Positions 41,100-51,303 of a DNA stretch of 64,000 nt are shown here, one piece after another. Origin of the DNA: Alphaproteobacteria bacterium. GTDB taxonomy: Bacteria > Pseudomonadota > Alphaproteobacteria > G965222575. The DNA lies in the NCBI GenBank assembly GCA_965222575.1, contig OZ244958.1, positions 800,001-864,000 on the forward strand, given 5' to 3'. A program made the translations under genes and the position numbers. The notes under the pieces are model-generated. The model saw nothing but the letters and a program-made list of their open reading frames with translations, made no database searches and was not told the DNA's origin. Each line of letters starts with the position of its first letter. Positions within the stretch are counted from its first letter, which is position 1.

Positions 41100-42132
41100 C
41101 CTTTTGTCCTGATTTTTGAGGGTCAAAGGCATCGCGAATGCCGTCTTGTACCATAATGGTGAGGACTAATAAGGATGAGAGTGTGATAAAGACGGACAAT
41201 CCTATCCAAGGGGAATCCGGATAGCTTTGTGCCTGTTGCATCATTTCCCCTAGTGAAGGAGAGCCGGGCGGAAGACCGAGACCGAGAAAATCCAAAGCTG
41301 TGAGGGAGGTAACGGAAGAGAGTAACATAAAGGGAAAAAATGTCATAGCCGATACTAGGGCATTAGGCAAGACATGGCGGAGCATAATACGGGTATTACT
41401 CACTCCTAGGGCGCGTGCTGCTAGGACATATTGGAGTTTTCGGGTTTTGAGGAACTCTGCCCGTACCATAGGCACCAAAGCGGGCCACCCGAAGAGGCAT
41501 AAAATGCCGAATAATAGGGCAATGGAGGGGGCGAATATTCCGGCCATGATGATTAAAATAAAAAAGCCGGGCAGTCCTTCCCAGATTTCTATGAATCGTT
41601 GTAAAATCAAATCTGTTTTGCCTCCGTAATACCCCTGTACTGCGCCTGCTAAAATCCCTATGGTGCAGAGTAAAAACGATAACACAAACCCAAACAACAC
41701 TGATATGCGATACCCGTAAAGCAACCGTGCTACAATATCTCTCCCCTGATTATCTGTCCCAAGCCAGTTACTTGACGACGGGGGGGCTGGGTGAATATCC
41801 TCTTTGTTTTGCGTGTTGTAGCTATACGGAACAGGAGGCCAATATATCTTGCCGCCTTGCTCTTCAATTAACGCAATCACTTCTTTATCTCTGTAATCTG
41901 CCTTTGTCTCAAAAAATCCCCCGAACTCCGTTTCTGGATAGGAGACAAAAACAGGCAGGTAAATTTTACCGTTGACCGTGACCAACAGGGGATTTTCATT
42001 GGCGAGAAACGGCGATAGCAAACTTAAGAAAAACAACAGAAGAAAGGCCATAAATGACCAAAATGCTAAGCGATTGCGGGCAAAGTCTTTTAGTACACGT
42101 TGCGTTGAAGGACGAAGAGAGAAAAACTTCAT
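41092..42132 (-). CDS. yejE: Peptide ABC transporter permease YejE
   Basis: YPETEFGG, WLGTDNQGRD, LQRFIEIW, LDFLGLGLPPGSPSLGE. Confidence 0.9.
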   Translation of the reverse strand: MKFFSLRPSTQRVLKDFARNRLAFWSFMAFLLLFFLSLLSPFLANENPLLVTVNGKIYLPVFVSYPETEFGGFFETKADYRDKEVIALIEEQGGKIYWPPVPYSYNTQNKEDIHPAPPSSSNWLGTDNQGRDIVARLLYGYRISVLFGFVLSFLLCTIGILAGAVQGYYGGKTDLILQRFIEIWEGLPGFFILIIMAGIFAPSIALLFGILCLFGWPALVPMVRAEFLKTRKLQYVLAARALGVSNTRIMLRHVLPNALVSAMTFFPFMLLSSVTSLTALDFLGLGLPPGSPSLGEMMQQAQSYPDSPWIGLSVFITLSSLLVLTIMVQDGIRDAFDPQKSGQKDA

Positions 42133-43223
42133 GAGGCGTTAAAGTCTATCCTTGGGTCAATGAGGACATAACTGATATCTCGTAAAATGGCAGCTAATAG
42201 CCCTATCAGAGAGAAAAAGTACAACGTAGCGAACACAACGGGATAGTCTCTATAAATGATGGATTGATAGCCTAAGAGACCGAGACCGTCTAATGTAAAA
42301 ATTGTTTCTATTAACAAAGAGCCTGTAAAGAGCATGGAAATGAAAGCGCTTGGAAACCCGCTGATGATGATGAGCATGGCGTTTCTGAACACATGGCCGT
42401 AGAGGACTTTGTGATCGCTTAGTCCTTTGGCTTTGGCTGTATAGACGTATTGTTGGTGAATTTGATCTAGGAAAGAGTTTTTTGTAAACTGGGTGAGGAA
42501 GGCGAAGGAGCTGATGGTGAGAGCGATGACAGGCAGGGTCATGTGCCAAAAGTAGTCTAGGATTTTGCCGCTTAGGCTTAGGGTATCAAAATTGGCAGAG
42601 ACCAATCCTCTGAGGGGGAAAATCTGAAAATAGGAGCCGCCTGCAAAGAGGATAATCAGGAAGATTGCTAATAAGAAGCCCGGAATAGCATATCCGATGC
42701 TAACAATGAAGGAGGTGGCTCTATCGAAGGGCGTGCCGGAAGCAAGAGCTTTTTTAATGCCTAAGGGGATAGAAATGAGGTAACTGATGAGAAAAGCCCA
42801 AAATCCTAGAGAAATTGAAACGGGGAGACGTTCTATAATGAGTTCTGTTACAGGGCGGCCATACTGGTAGCTTTCGCCAAAATCGAAGACGAGATAATTC
42901 TTGACCATGATAATAAAGCGCTGCCCGAAGGGTTTGTCAAATCCATAACGGCGTTCAAGGTCTTCTATGATTTCCTGCGGAACCCCTTGTCTTCCTTGGT
43001 ACACTGAGGAGGGATCAGCGGCATTGGTCTGACTTCCTCCTAAGTCGCTTGAGATATCCAAAACATTACTCAAGGCAGTCTTACCGCCGATATTTTTCAG
43101 TTTCGCTATGGCTTGTTCAACGGGGCCTCCTGGTGCAAATTGCACAATGGTGAAATTTACCATTAGAATGACGAACAAAGTCGGTATCAGCAGCAAGAGG
43201 CGTTTAATCAGATACGTGCCCAT
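42129..43223 (-). CDS. yejB: Peptide ABC transporter permease YejB
   Basis: VQFAPGGPVEQ, YGFDKP, IPLGIKKA, HVFRNAML, DPRIDF. Confidence 0.92.
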   Translation of the reverse strand: MGTYLIKRLLLLIPTLFVILMVNFTIVQFAPGGPVEQAIAKLKNIGGKTALSNVLDISSDLGGSQTNAADPSSVYQGRQGVPQEIIEDLERRYGFDKPFGQRFIIMVKNYLVFDFGESYQYGRPVTELIIERLPVSISLGFWAFLISYLISIPLGIKKALASGTPFDRATSFIVSIGYAIPGFLLAIFLIILFAGGSYFQIFPLRGLVSANFDTLSLSGKILDYFWHMTLPVIALTISSFAFLTQFTKNSFLDQIHQQYVYTAKAKGLSDHKVLYGHVFRNAMLIIISGFPSAFISMLFTGSLLIETIFTLDGLGLLGYQSIIYRDYPVVFATLYFFSLIGLLAAILRDISYVLIDPRIDFNAS

Positions 43224-43241
43224 AGCATTCAGTACAGGAAA

Positions 43242-45074
43242 TTATTTTAGTGCTGGAACCTTGTCCGTCTTGTCTTTATCCAGCCACCAAGAGTAGAGGT
43301 CTAAGCCAAGAGCTGGTTGTTTTGGAATGCCGTAGACATCCCAAACGGCTACGCGGCTTTCAGGCACATAGAATTGGGGGATAACGTAATGTCCCCAAAG
43401 CAGGACTCTGTCTAAGGAGCGGACGGCTGGGAGTAGTTGTTCATATGTTTTGGCTTTCACAATTTTCGAAATGATACTATCAATGACAGGGCTTTGAATG
43501 CCTATAACGTTTTCGGAGCCGGGGATAGAAGCGGCTCGAGAGCCGAAGTAATTATACTGTTCATTACCGGGGGAAGCGGACTGTGGCATGTTATGAATCA
43601 GGATATCGAAGTCGCGTTCATTGTAGCGGCGTATCAACTGGGCTGTATCGACAATCCGCAAGGTGAGTTCTATCCCTAGTTTTTTCAGGCTGTTGCTAAG
43701 AGGGGTAATCTGGCGGGAGACCAGCTGGTAATTAGAGAGCACTTCAAATTTCACAGGAGTTTTTGTGAGAGGACTGATTAAGAGATCATTTTGAATGCTG
43801 TATCCTGCTTTCTTAAGAAGAGATGCTGCTTTCTTTAAGTTTTTGCGTTCACTGGAAGGGGGAGAGGTAGAAGGGGGACGATAGACTGTTGTGAAGACTT
43901 CTGGGGGCAGCTGGTCTTTGAAAGGATTGAGAATCTCAAGTTCTTCTTTTGTAGGCAAGGAATCTGCTGCGAGTTTGGAGTTATTGAAATAGCTGTAACA
44001 ACGCGTCAAGAGGCCGTAGGAGATATGTGCGTTGAGCCATTCAAAGTTGTAAGCGAGAATGAGTGCTTCTCTAAGCGCTCTATCCTGTAGGAGTTTTTTT
44101 CGTAGATTGAAGGCGAATCCCTGCATGCCAAAGACGCGTTGAGAGGGAAATATTAGCTTTTTCACATAGTTTTTTTTGATGGCGGGGAAGTCGTATTTTG
44201 TTGCCCAAGCGTTGGAGCTATTTTCAAATCTGACATCGAATTTTCGGCTTTTGAACCCTTCATGTATCGTAGAGTGGTCAAAAATTTCGTACTGTACCTT
44301 ATCAAAGTTGAAACGTCCCTTGTGAATAGGCAAAGAGACAGACCAATGATTGTGTTGACGCACCATTGTAAAGGAATGCCCTACTTTAATGTCCCCAAAG
44401 GTATAAAGACCAGAGGTAGGATAAGGGTCTAGTGTGATTTTTGATAAGTCGTGCGGTGACCAATAAGCCTTAGACAAAATAGGCAAGCTTCCTATGACAA
44501 AGGCGAGTTCAATATTTTGTCCATTCTTGAAGGAAAACTTGACCTGATGAGACCCTATGGCTTTCGCTTCTTTCACATCGCCCCACATTATTTTATATTG
44601 TGGATTGCCTTTTTTCATGAGTTCATAGAAAGAAAACACAACATCCTCTGCTGTGATAGGCGTGCCATCACTGAAGAAAGCCCCTTTTCTTATGGTAAAG
44701 ATAATCCAAGTGTTATCGTGCGCTAGTTCAAAGGACTCTGCTAGGAAGGGGTATTGAACGGAAAGCTGATTCACAGAAGAAGACATTAAGGTCGCATAGG
44801 TGAGAGAGTTAAGGGCTATGCCGTCTGCGATAAAAGGGTTGGTACTGTCAAATCTATAAGGGACGGCCATATGCAGTGTTCCCCCTTTAGGGGCGTTTAG
44901 GTTGATGTGGTCGTAGTGGGTAAAGTCTTTGCCATAGTTTGGTTTTTCTGTCAAAGACATGGAAGTTGCAAGATAAGAATGCTCTGTTTTCTGAGCGTCA
45001 TTGGGCAAGGAAATGACGGCGAAAGCACTGAGTGGTAAGACAAGCCCCCCTAAAAGTAAAAACCGCAACAACAT
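43242..45074 (-). CDS. yejA: Peptide ABC transporter substrate-binding protein YejA, copy 1
   Basis: NAPKGG, GRFNFD, GMQGFAFNLR, SPGNEQ..YFGS, LDRVLLWGHYVIP; signal peptide intact. Confidence 0.9.
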   Translation of the reverse strand: MLLRFLLLGGLVLPLSAFAVISLPNDAQKTEHSYLATSMSLTEKPNYGKDFTHYDHINLNAPKGGTLHMAVPYRFDSTNPFIADGIALNSLTYATLMSSSVNQLSVQYPFLAESFELAHDNTWIIFTIRKGAFFSDGTPITAEDVVFSFYELMKKGNPQYKIMWGDVKEAKAIGSHQVKFSFKNGQNIELAFVIGSLPILSKAYWSPHDLSKITLDPYPTSGLYTFGDIKVGHSFTMVRQHNHWSVSLPIHKGRFNFDKVQYEIFDHSTIHEGFKSRKFDVRFENSSNAWATKYDFPAIKKNYVKKLIFPSQRVFGMQGFAFNLRKKLLQDRALREALILAYNFEWLNAHISYGLLTRCYSYFNNSKLAADSLPTKEELEILNPFKDQLPPEVFTTVYRPPSTSPPSSERKNLKKAASLLKKAGYSIQNDLLISPLTKTPVKFEVLSNYQLVSRQITPLSNSLKKLGIELTLRIVDTAQLIRRYNERDFDILIHNMPQSASPGNEQYNYFGSRAASIPGSENVIGIQSPVIDSIISKIVKAKTYEQLLPAVRSLDRVLLWGHYVIPQFYVPESRVAVWDVYGIPKQPALGLDLYSWWLDKDKTDKVPALK

Positions 45075-45245
45075 AAATTCTTCCCTCCGGAATTTTGATT
45101 CTTAAAGAACTTCCTCTTTTTAGTGTATCGTGAATGTCTTTCCTAAGTAAAGCCCGAATCTTTTATTAGTGTGCGTACTATGGGTCTTGGGAAAGAGCTT
45201 GTGAGTGATGGCGTAATTCTGAGAGGGAGAAGGGTAAAAGCCCCA

Positions 45246-47101
45246 TTATTTCAGTGCTGGAACCTTGTCTGTTTTGTCTTTATCCAGCCACCAAGAGAAG
45301 AGGTCTAAGCCAAGAGCTGGTTGTTTCGGAATGCCGTAGATATCCCAAACGGCTAGGCGGTCTTCAGGCACATAGAATTGGGGAATCACATAATGCCCCC
45401 AGAGCAAGACTCTGTCTAAGGAGCGGACAGCTGGAAGTAGTTGTTCATATGTTTTGGCTTTCACAATTTTCTCAATGATACTATCAATGACAGGGCTTTG
45501 AATGCCTATAGCATTTTCAGAGCCTGTGAGAGAAGCCGCTTCCGAGCCGAAGTAATCATACTGCTCATTACCGGGGGAAGAAGACTGGGGGATGACATGA
45601 ATGAGCATATCAAAGTCGCGTTCATTGTAGCGCCGCATCCACTGAGCTATGTCGACAATCCGCAAAGTGAGTTCTATCCCTAGTTTTTTCAGGTTATTGC
45701 TAAGAGGGGTAATCTGGCGCGAGACCAGCTGGTAACTAGCGAGCACTTCAAGTTTCACAGGGGTTTTTGTGAGAGGACTGATTAAGAGACCATTTTGAAG
45801 GCTGTATCCTGCTTTCTTGAGAAGAGATGCTGCTTTCTTTAAGTTTTTGCGTTCACTGGAAGGGGGGGAGGTGGAAGGGGGACGATAGAGTGTTGTGAAG
45901 ACTTCTGGGGGGAGCTGGTCTTTGAAAGGATTGAGAATCTCAAGTTCTTCTTTTGTAGGCAAGGAATCTGCTGCGAGTTTGGAGTTATTGAAATAGCTGT
46001 AACAACGCGTCCAAAGACCATGGGAGATATGTTCGTTGAGCCATTCAAAGTTGTAAGCGAGAATGAGGGCTTCCCTGAGTGCTCTATCTTGTAGGAGTTT
46101 TTTTCGTAGGTTGAAGGCAAATCCCTGCATGCCAGAGACGCGTTGAGAGGGAAATGTTAGCTTTTTCACATAGTTTTTTTTCATGGCGGGGAAGTCGTAT
46201 TTTGTTGCCCAAGTGTTGGAGTTATATTCCACTCTGAGGTCAAATTTTCGGCTTTTGAACCCTTCCATGATTGTAGCGTCACTAAACACGGCATAAGTGA
46301 TTTTATCAAAGTTGAAGCGTCCCTTGTGAATAGGCAAAGAGACAGACCAGTGATTGTGTTGACGCACCATTGTAAAGGAATGCCCTACTTTAATGTCCCC
46401 AAAGGTATAAAGACCAGAGGTAGGATAAGGGTCTAGTGTGATTTTTGATAAGTCGTGCGGTGACCAATAAGCCTTAGACAAAATAGGCAAGCTTCCTATG
46501 ACAAAGGCGAGTTCAATATTTTGTCCATTCTTGAAGGAAAACTTGACCTGATGAGACCCTATGGCTTTCGCTTCTTTCACAGCGCCCCACATTATTTTAT
46601 ATCTTGGATTGCCTTTTTTCATGAGTTCATAGAAAGAAAACACAACATCCTCTGCTGTGATAGGCGTACCATCACTGAAGAAAGCCCCTTTTCTTATGGT
46701 AAAGATAATCCAAGTGTTATCCCGTGCGAGTTCAAAGGATTCTGCTAGGAAGGGGTATTGAACGGCGGGCTGATTTACAGAAGAGGACATCAAAGTTGCA
46801 GAGGTGAAGCTGTTAAGAGCTATGCCGTCTGCAATGAAAGGGTTGGTGCTATCGAATCGAAAAGGAATTGCTAAGCGTAAGGTTCCCCCTTTAGGAGCGT
46901 CTGGGTTGACGTGGTGGTAGTGGGTAAAGTCTTTGCCGTAAGCTGGTTTTTCTGCTAAGGACATGGAGGTAGCAAGATAGGACTGCGCTGTTTTCTGAGC
47001 GTCGTTGGGCAGGGAAATGACGGCGAAAGCAGTGAGGGTAAGACGACAGTAGCCCCTACTAGAGACAGGCTCTTCCCTAGAAGTTTTTGAAGGCTACTCA
47101 T
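45246..47101 (-). pseudogene. yejA: YejA copy 2 with a 1-nt frameshift separating the signal peptide (ATG 47101) from the body (ORF 45246-46964); pseudogene, switchable allele or assembly indel
   Basis: Near-identical to copy 1. The 5' region reads GTC TTA CCC TCA CTG where copy 1 has GTC TTA CCA CTC AGT GCT. ATG 47101 is 137 nt (not 138) from ATG 46964. Confidence 0.7.
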
Positions 47102-47121
47102 GACGATTATGGGGGGTGGGG

Positions 47122-47841
47122 CTAGCGTTTTTTAAGAATGAAATTTGGCAAGATGCCCATGCTGAGGGCGATGAAGATACAGAGGAAAGCATAGAGGAGG
47201 CTATGGTCTTTTGAGAATTGGTGGATGAAGGCTAGAAAGCCGCTACGTTTTAATTCAAAGGACAAGACAGAGGGGGGAGTATTGTTATTGGGGGCGGAGA
47301 TGCGTACGGTATAGTGTCCTAAGGGGGCTTGAGGGGGGAGGGTGAAGAGCATTTTGAAGAGTTCTTGGTCAATGACTTCTATGGTAGCGGGTTTGGGAGA
47401 AGAGAGAATGAGGTGGTGGCGTTTTAGGAGTTTTGTGAAGAGGGCTTGTTTGTCTTTTGTGAGGGGTTGATTTTTGTACAGTAGGGGCAAAGAGAGAAGG
47501 CTTGTCTCTTCTGTTCTATGAGAGGAGGGGGGGAGGGGAGTCTGTGCTTTGATGTAAAGCCCCGGAACGCCTGAGAGATACTCTTGTTTCCCTTTTAACC
47601 AGATGCCTTTTTTGTGCATGAATTGTTGTACGCTAATCAGTTGGGAGGGGCCTAAAATTTCTATGGTGAGGGAGTCAATTCCTTTTTGCTTGAGAGAGCC
47701 GAAGATTAATATGTCTTGGCTTTTGAAGGAGGTGGGAATGGTGAGGGTGGAGGGAGAAATTTCTGCTACAATAGAGGTGGCGTCCCCTCTTATGGGTAAA
47801 CAAATAAGAGATAGCACAACAAAAAGAAGAGAGCCTGTCAT
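47122..47841 (-). CDS. TIGR02186-family (Alph_Pro_TM) membrane protein
   Basis: I.IPTSF..Q.ILIFGS, GIWL, VPGLY, LF...LP..AP.G.Y, C-terminal TM; ATGA-coupled to tauE. Confidence 0.75.
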   Translation of the reverse strand: MTGSLLFVVLSLICLPIRGDATSIVAEISPSTLTIPTSFKSQDILIFGSLKQKGIDSLTIEILGPSQLISVQQFMHKKGIWLKGKQEYLSGVPGLYIKAQTPLPPSSHRTEETSLLSLPLLYKNQPLTKDKQALFTKLLKRHHLILSSPKPATIEVIDQELFKMLFTLPPQAPLGHYTVRISAPNNNTPPSVLSFELKRSGFLAFIHQFSKDHSLLYAFLCIFIALSMGILPNFILKKR

Positions 47842-48761
47842 GACATAGTGGGAGCAAGGGAAAAAGACCATAAACTATCAGGAGTTGTCACCAGTTGCCA
47901 AGCGAATTGTAAGGCAATGAACAACACTATAAAGCCTAATAGGCTACGAAAATGCTCTCCTTTTAACCACGGTAACATGGCTGCCCCTAGATAAGACCCT
48001 ATGGTGGCACCGAACATGAGCAGTGTTGCTAGGACAATGTCCACTGAATGATTGGTGAGACTGTGGGCAATGGTAAGAGCAATCATAATGAAAATGATGT
48101 GCAATAAAGAAGTGCCTACTGTTATGAGGGTATGAACACCAAGGATATAAATTAAAGCTGGCATGATAATAAACCCTCCTCCTATTCCCATAATGGACGA
48201 TAACATGCCTGCTGTCATGCCAATGCTGATGGGGCCTAGGGCGCTGATTCGAAGCGCTGATTTCTTGAAGGTTACCTTAAAAGGCAGTATGTGCATCAAG
48301 TGGTGGATAAAGCGATAACGTTTGATGCTTTTGTGCGGGACTTCCTTGCGTAAGGAAAGGAGGCCTTCTGTGAGCATCACAGACCCAATAATGCCTAAAA
48401 GCACCACATAGCCAAACCGTATCACAGTTTCTAATTGTCCTTGTGCTATGAAATAGTTAAATAACACAATACCGATGCTTACGCCTAGGAGGCCGCCTGA
48501 GATTAAAAACACGCCTAACTTGATATCCACGCGTCCTGCTCCCCAGTGCGTTAGCGCACCAGCTGTGCTAGCCGCAACAATTTGAGTGGCTTGACTAGCA
48601 ATGGCTACCGGCACAGGAACCCCTAAGAATAACAACAGAGGCGTTAGAAGGAAAGCCCCTCCAAGTCCGAATAATCCTGCGAGAACCCCTGTTATCATAC
48701 TAGCTCCCAGCAGAACGAACACATTGATAGGAATCTCTGCAATGGGAAGATAGATATTCAT
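47838..48761 (-). CDS. Sulfite exporter TauE/SafE family permease
   Basis: MNIYLPIAE, GLFGLGGAFLLTP, MGIGGGFI, VGTSL; highly hydrophobic. Confidence 0.88.
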   Translation of the reverse strand: MNIYLPIAEIPINVFVLLGASMITGVLAGLFGLGGAFLLTPLLLFLGVPVPVAIASQATQIVAASTAGALTHWGAGRVDIKLGVFLISGGLLGVSIGIVLFNYFIAQGQLETVIRFGYVVLLGIIGSVMLTEGLLSLRKEVPHKSIKRYRFIHHLMHILPFKVTFKKSALRISALGPISIGMTAGMLSSIMGIGGGFIIMPALIYILGVHTLITVGTSLLHIIFIMIALTIAHSLTNHSVDIVLATLLMFGATIGSYLGAAMLPWLKGEHFRSLLGFIVLFIALQFAWQLVTTPDSLWSFSLAPTMS

Positions 48762-49046
48762 GAGTAAGAAAATACGAAAGTTTCTTGAAAAGGTCTAGTC
48801 TCTATTCTCTATTTTTTTCTCTTTTCTTTCAATGAGTCTCTTTGTTCATTGAGGGCGGTTTTTTTATTTACAAAAATCATGAGTAAGCATTACAATTTTG
48901 TGTTGAAAAAGGGTTGAAATATTAACAAAGAGAGGGGGGGTGCTTGCCGCTCTATTTCCATGGAATATTGAGAGAATTTGACAGTTTTTTAAGTCTTCTT
49001 TCCTAAGCTGTTTATCAGTGATGAAACGTTTAGGAGTGCGACCCGC

Positions 49047-49529
49047 ATGAAAAAGCTTCAGGTTGATAACGAAAAAGGAATAGCTGCTGTTATTGACGAG
49101 CTTTTTGCAGGGGGGCGGCTAGCCGATGGGTTAGAGTTGAGTGATGAAGAGCTAGAAGGTCTCTATGCGGCAGGGTACACCTGTTATAACAGTAGACAAT
49201 ATGAGCAAGCGTCGGCTCTTTTTTACTTTCTTTGCCTGATGGATAATATTCAAAAGAAGTACTGGTTTGCTCTTGCAGCGACGCAAAAGATGCAAAAGCG
49301 CTATCAGGAAGCGATAAAGACCTATGAGACGGTGGGGATTTTGGACATTTACAATCCGGCACCGCCGCTTCATGCTGCTGATTGTTATGTGTTTCTTGGA
49401 GAGAAAGAAAAGGCGCTCCGTGCCGTTGAAGCTGTGATTGCATTAGCTGCAGACAAGACTGAGTACCGGAAGCATTACGCCCGCGCCCGCACCTTAGAAA
49501 AAAAACTAAAACCCTCGAAAACACAATGA
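49047..49529 (+). CDS. Type III secretion class II (translocator) chaperone, SycD/LcrH family
   Basis: G..LAD..ELS.EELEGLYAAGY..Y...QY..A..LF..LC..D...KYW TPR pattern, P.PPLHAADC; AGGAG RBS. Confidence 0.9.
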   Translation: MKKLQVDNEKGIAAVIDELFAGGRLADGLELSDEELEGLYAAGYTCYNSRQYEQASALFYFLCLMDNIQKKYWFALAATQKMQKRYQEAIKTYETVGILDIYNPAPPLHAADCYVFLGEKEKALRAVEAVIALAADKTEYRKHYARARTLEKKLKPSKTQ

Positions 49530-49590
49530 CAAAGAACTCTTCTAAACGTTCCTCTCCTCCTCCTCCTCTTCAGACCCATGGGGGGATTTT

Positions 49591-50037
49591 ATGGAAGCTT
49601 TTACGGAGGCTTTTGACCAAGGGTTGACCTTAGCGGATATTCGCGGGTTAGAAGTGGAAGATTTAGAGAGTCTTTACTCTATAGGGTATGGGTATTTTGT
49701 GCAAAAGAGGTATCAGGAAGCTTCTAAGTTTTTTCAATTGCTGTGTTTTTATCACCATAAAGAGCCCCGATATTGGCATAGCCTTGGTGTTTGCAGACAG
49801 GCGTTGGAGAATTATCAGGGGGCTTATGATGCTTATGTGATGGAAATTATAGAGGATCCCTTTTCCCTTCGAGCCTATCTTCATGGTGCAACATGTGCGT
49901 TGGGACTAGGGAGAAAAGAGGATGCCCTCTTTGGCTTTCAAAAAGTCATAGAATTGGCTGATAAGACGAACACTCTTGATACGAAACTCAAAGAGCACGC
50001 TAAGGCGCAGGTCAAAAAAATCTCTAAGAACAATTAG
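49591..50037 (+). CDS. Second SycD/LcrH-family class II chaperone
   Basis: GLTLADIRGL...LESLYSIGY..F....YQEA..FFQLLC.Y.H...RYW..LG.C.Q. Confidence 0.88.
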   Translation: MEAFTEAFDQGLTLADIRGLEVEDLESLYSIGYGYFVQKRYQEASKFFQLLCFYHHKEPRYWHSLGVCRQALENYQGAYDAYVMEIIEDPFSLRAYLHGATCALGLGRKEDALFGFQKVIELADKTNTLDTKLKEHAKAQVKKISKNN

Positions 50038-50051
50038 TTTACGCGTTTACC

Positions 50052-51248
50052 ATGACAACATCTGTAACAGATATTCCTAAGCAACCTCTTGTTGTGACGC
50101 CTCCTGAAGGAAAGGCGGAACAACAAGCGTCGGGACGTGGTGAAGTGGCCTCTTCTCCGGGAACGCAAGCCTCTACTGGTGGTGTTGCGCAACAGCAGCC
50201 TCCTTCTGCGCCAAAGACAACGCAAGTTGATGTCAAGGAAGTATTGAAACAGATAACGGGCAGCACAAAACTAGATAGTAATCTTGTGAAGGTGATAGAG
50301 CAAGCGGTGGGGTCTCTTGGGGATATTTTACCGATTGCTAGTGCTAGTCGGGGCACTCAAAGTACGGGCGGGAAAGGGGTTATGTCCTCATCGGTTGTGC
50401 CGTCTTTAGAGATTCCCTCTGTGGAGCCGGAGGATTTTGATTCTCTATTTGTGGCGTTGCGTATGAAGTTAATGAAGTTGTCTTCTGATACTTCTGTGCA
50501 AGACCTGAAAGGGAAGATGGAGGTGATGCGGACGAAGAATACGGAAAGGCAAAAAGACCTTGATGAAGTGGTGGAGAAAATAGAAGAGGCGGAGAGTCAG
50601 AGTATATGGGGCAAGGTATGTGGTTGGGTTGCGTCTATAGCGACGTTGATTGCGGGCATAGCGCTGTGTGTTGCGGGCGGGGCGGGAGCGGCGTTGATTG
50701 TGGCAGCTGTGATTAGTATTACGATACTTGCCTTAGAGGAATCAGGGGGTATGGACAAGATGGTAGAGGGTATGACACCGGGCTTTGAGGATATGTTGAA
50801 GTTTTTTGGTTGTTCTGACAAAGATGCCAAAGCTTATGCGGGGATGGCGGCACGGATTACAATAGCTGTTGTGGCCATGGCGGCTTCTATTGCGGCTATG
50901 GTTTTTACAGGGGGTGCTAGCGGTGTTCAGACGGCGCAACAGATTACAAAGCTTATACAGATAGCCCGCATGGTTTCCATGATGGCGAAATTGGCTTCTG
51001 CTGCTTCCCAGATAGCCGGGGGGGCTATACAGATAACTTCTGGTGTTGCGCGGGGGAAGGCTGCGATTCAGGAATCTGAGGTGAAGCTCATGGAAGCTAT
51101 GCTCAAGAAACTGCAACAAATGATTGAGATGAGTATGGAAGCCCTAGAAGAGATGGAGGAAAAGATGCAAGATTGCCTGCGTCGCGTCATGGCTATGCTT
51201 TCTGCGAGCAATGAAAGTCGGTCAAAAACAGTGGGGAATATGGCTTAA
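50052..51248 (+). CDS. T3SS major translocator SctE (YopB/IpaB/SseC family)
   Basis: S/T/P/Q-rich N-terminus, PSLEIP chaperone-binding motif, coiled coil, IWGKVCGWV followed by two long hydrophobic segments, C-terminal coiled coil. Confidence 0.88.
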   Translation: MTTSVTDIPKQPLVVTPPEGKAEQQASGRGEVASSPGTQASTGGVAQQQPPSAPKTTQVDVKEVLKQITGSTKLDSNLVKVIEQAVGSLGDILPIASASRGTQSTGGKGVMSSSVVPSLEIPSVEPEDFDSLFVALRMKLMKLSSDTSVQDLKGKMEVMRTKNTERQKDLDEVVEKIEEAESQSIWGKVCGWVASIATLIAGIALCVAGGAGAALIVAAVISITILALEESGGMDKMVEGMTPGFEDMLKFFGCSDKDAKAYAGMAARITIAVVAMAASIAAMVFTGGASGVQTAQQITKLIQIARMVSMMAKLASAASQIAGGAIQITSGVARGKAAIQESEVKLMEAMLKKLQQMIEMSMEALEEMEEKMQDCLRRVMAMLSASNESRSKTVGNMA

Positions 51249-51303
51249 AAGGATGAAGTTTCTTAATGTGTATGATTTTTCAAAACAAAAAAATAGGTGA
51301 AAC

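Noticed and set aside
48758..48887. 11-bp direct repeat TCATGAGTAAG (48758, 48877) and 7-bp inverted repeat TCAATGA-N10-TCATTGA (48829-48852) upstream of the T3SS operon
   Set aside because: Short motifs in AT-rich DNA with no matching copy seen at the other end of the block; cannot be distinguished from chance.
48978..49009. TTGACA...TAAGCT as the T3SS operon promoter
   Set aside because: The spacer is 20 nt, too long for a sigma70 promoter.
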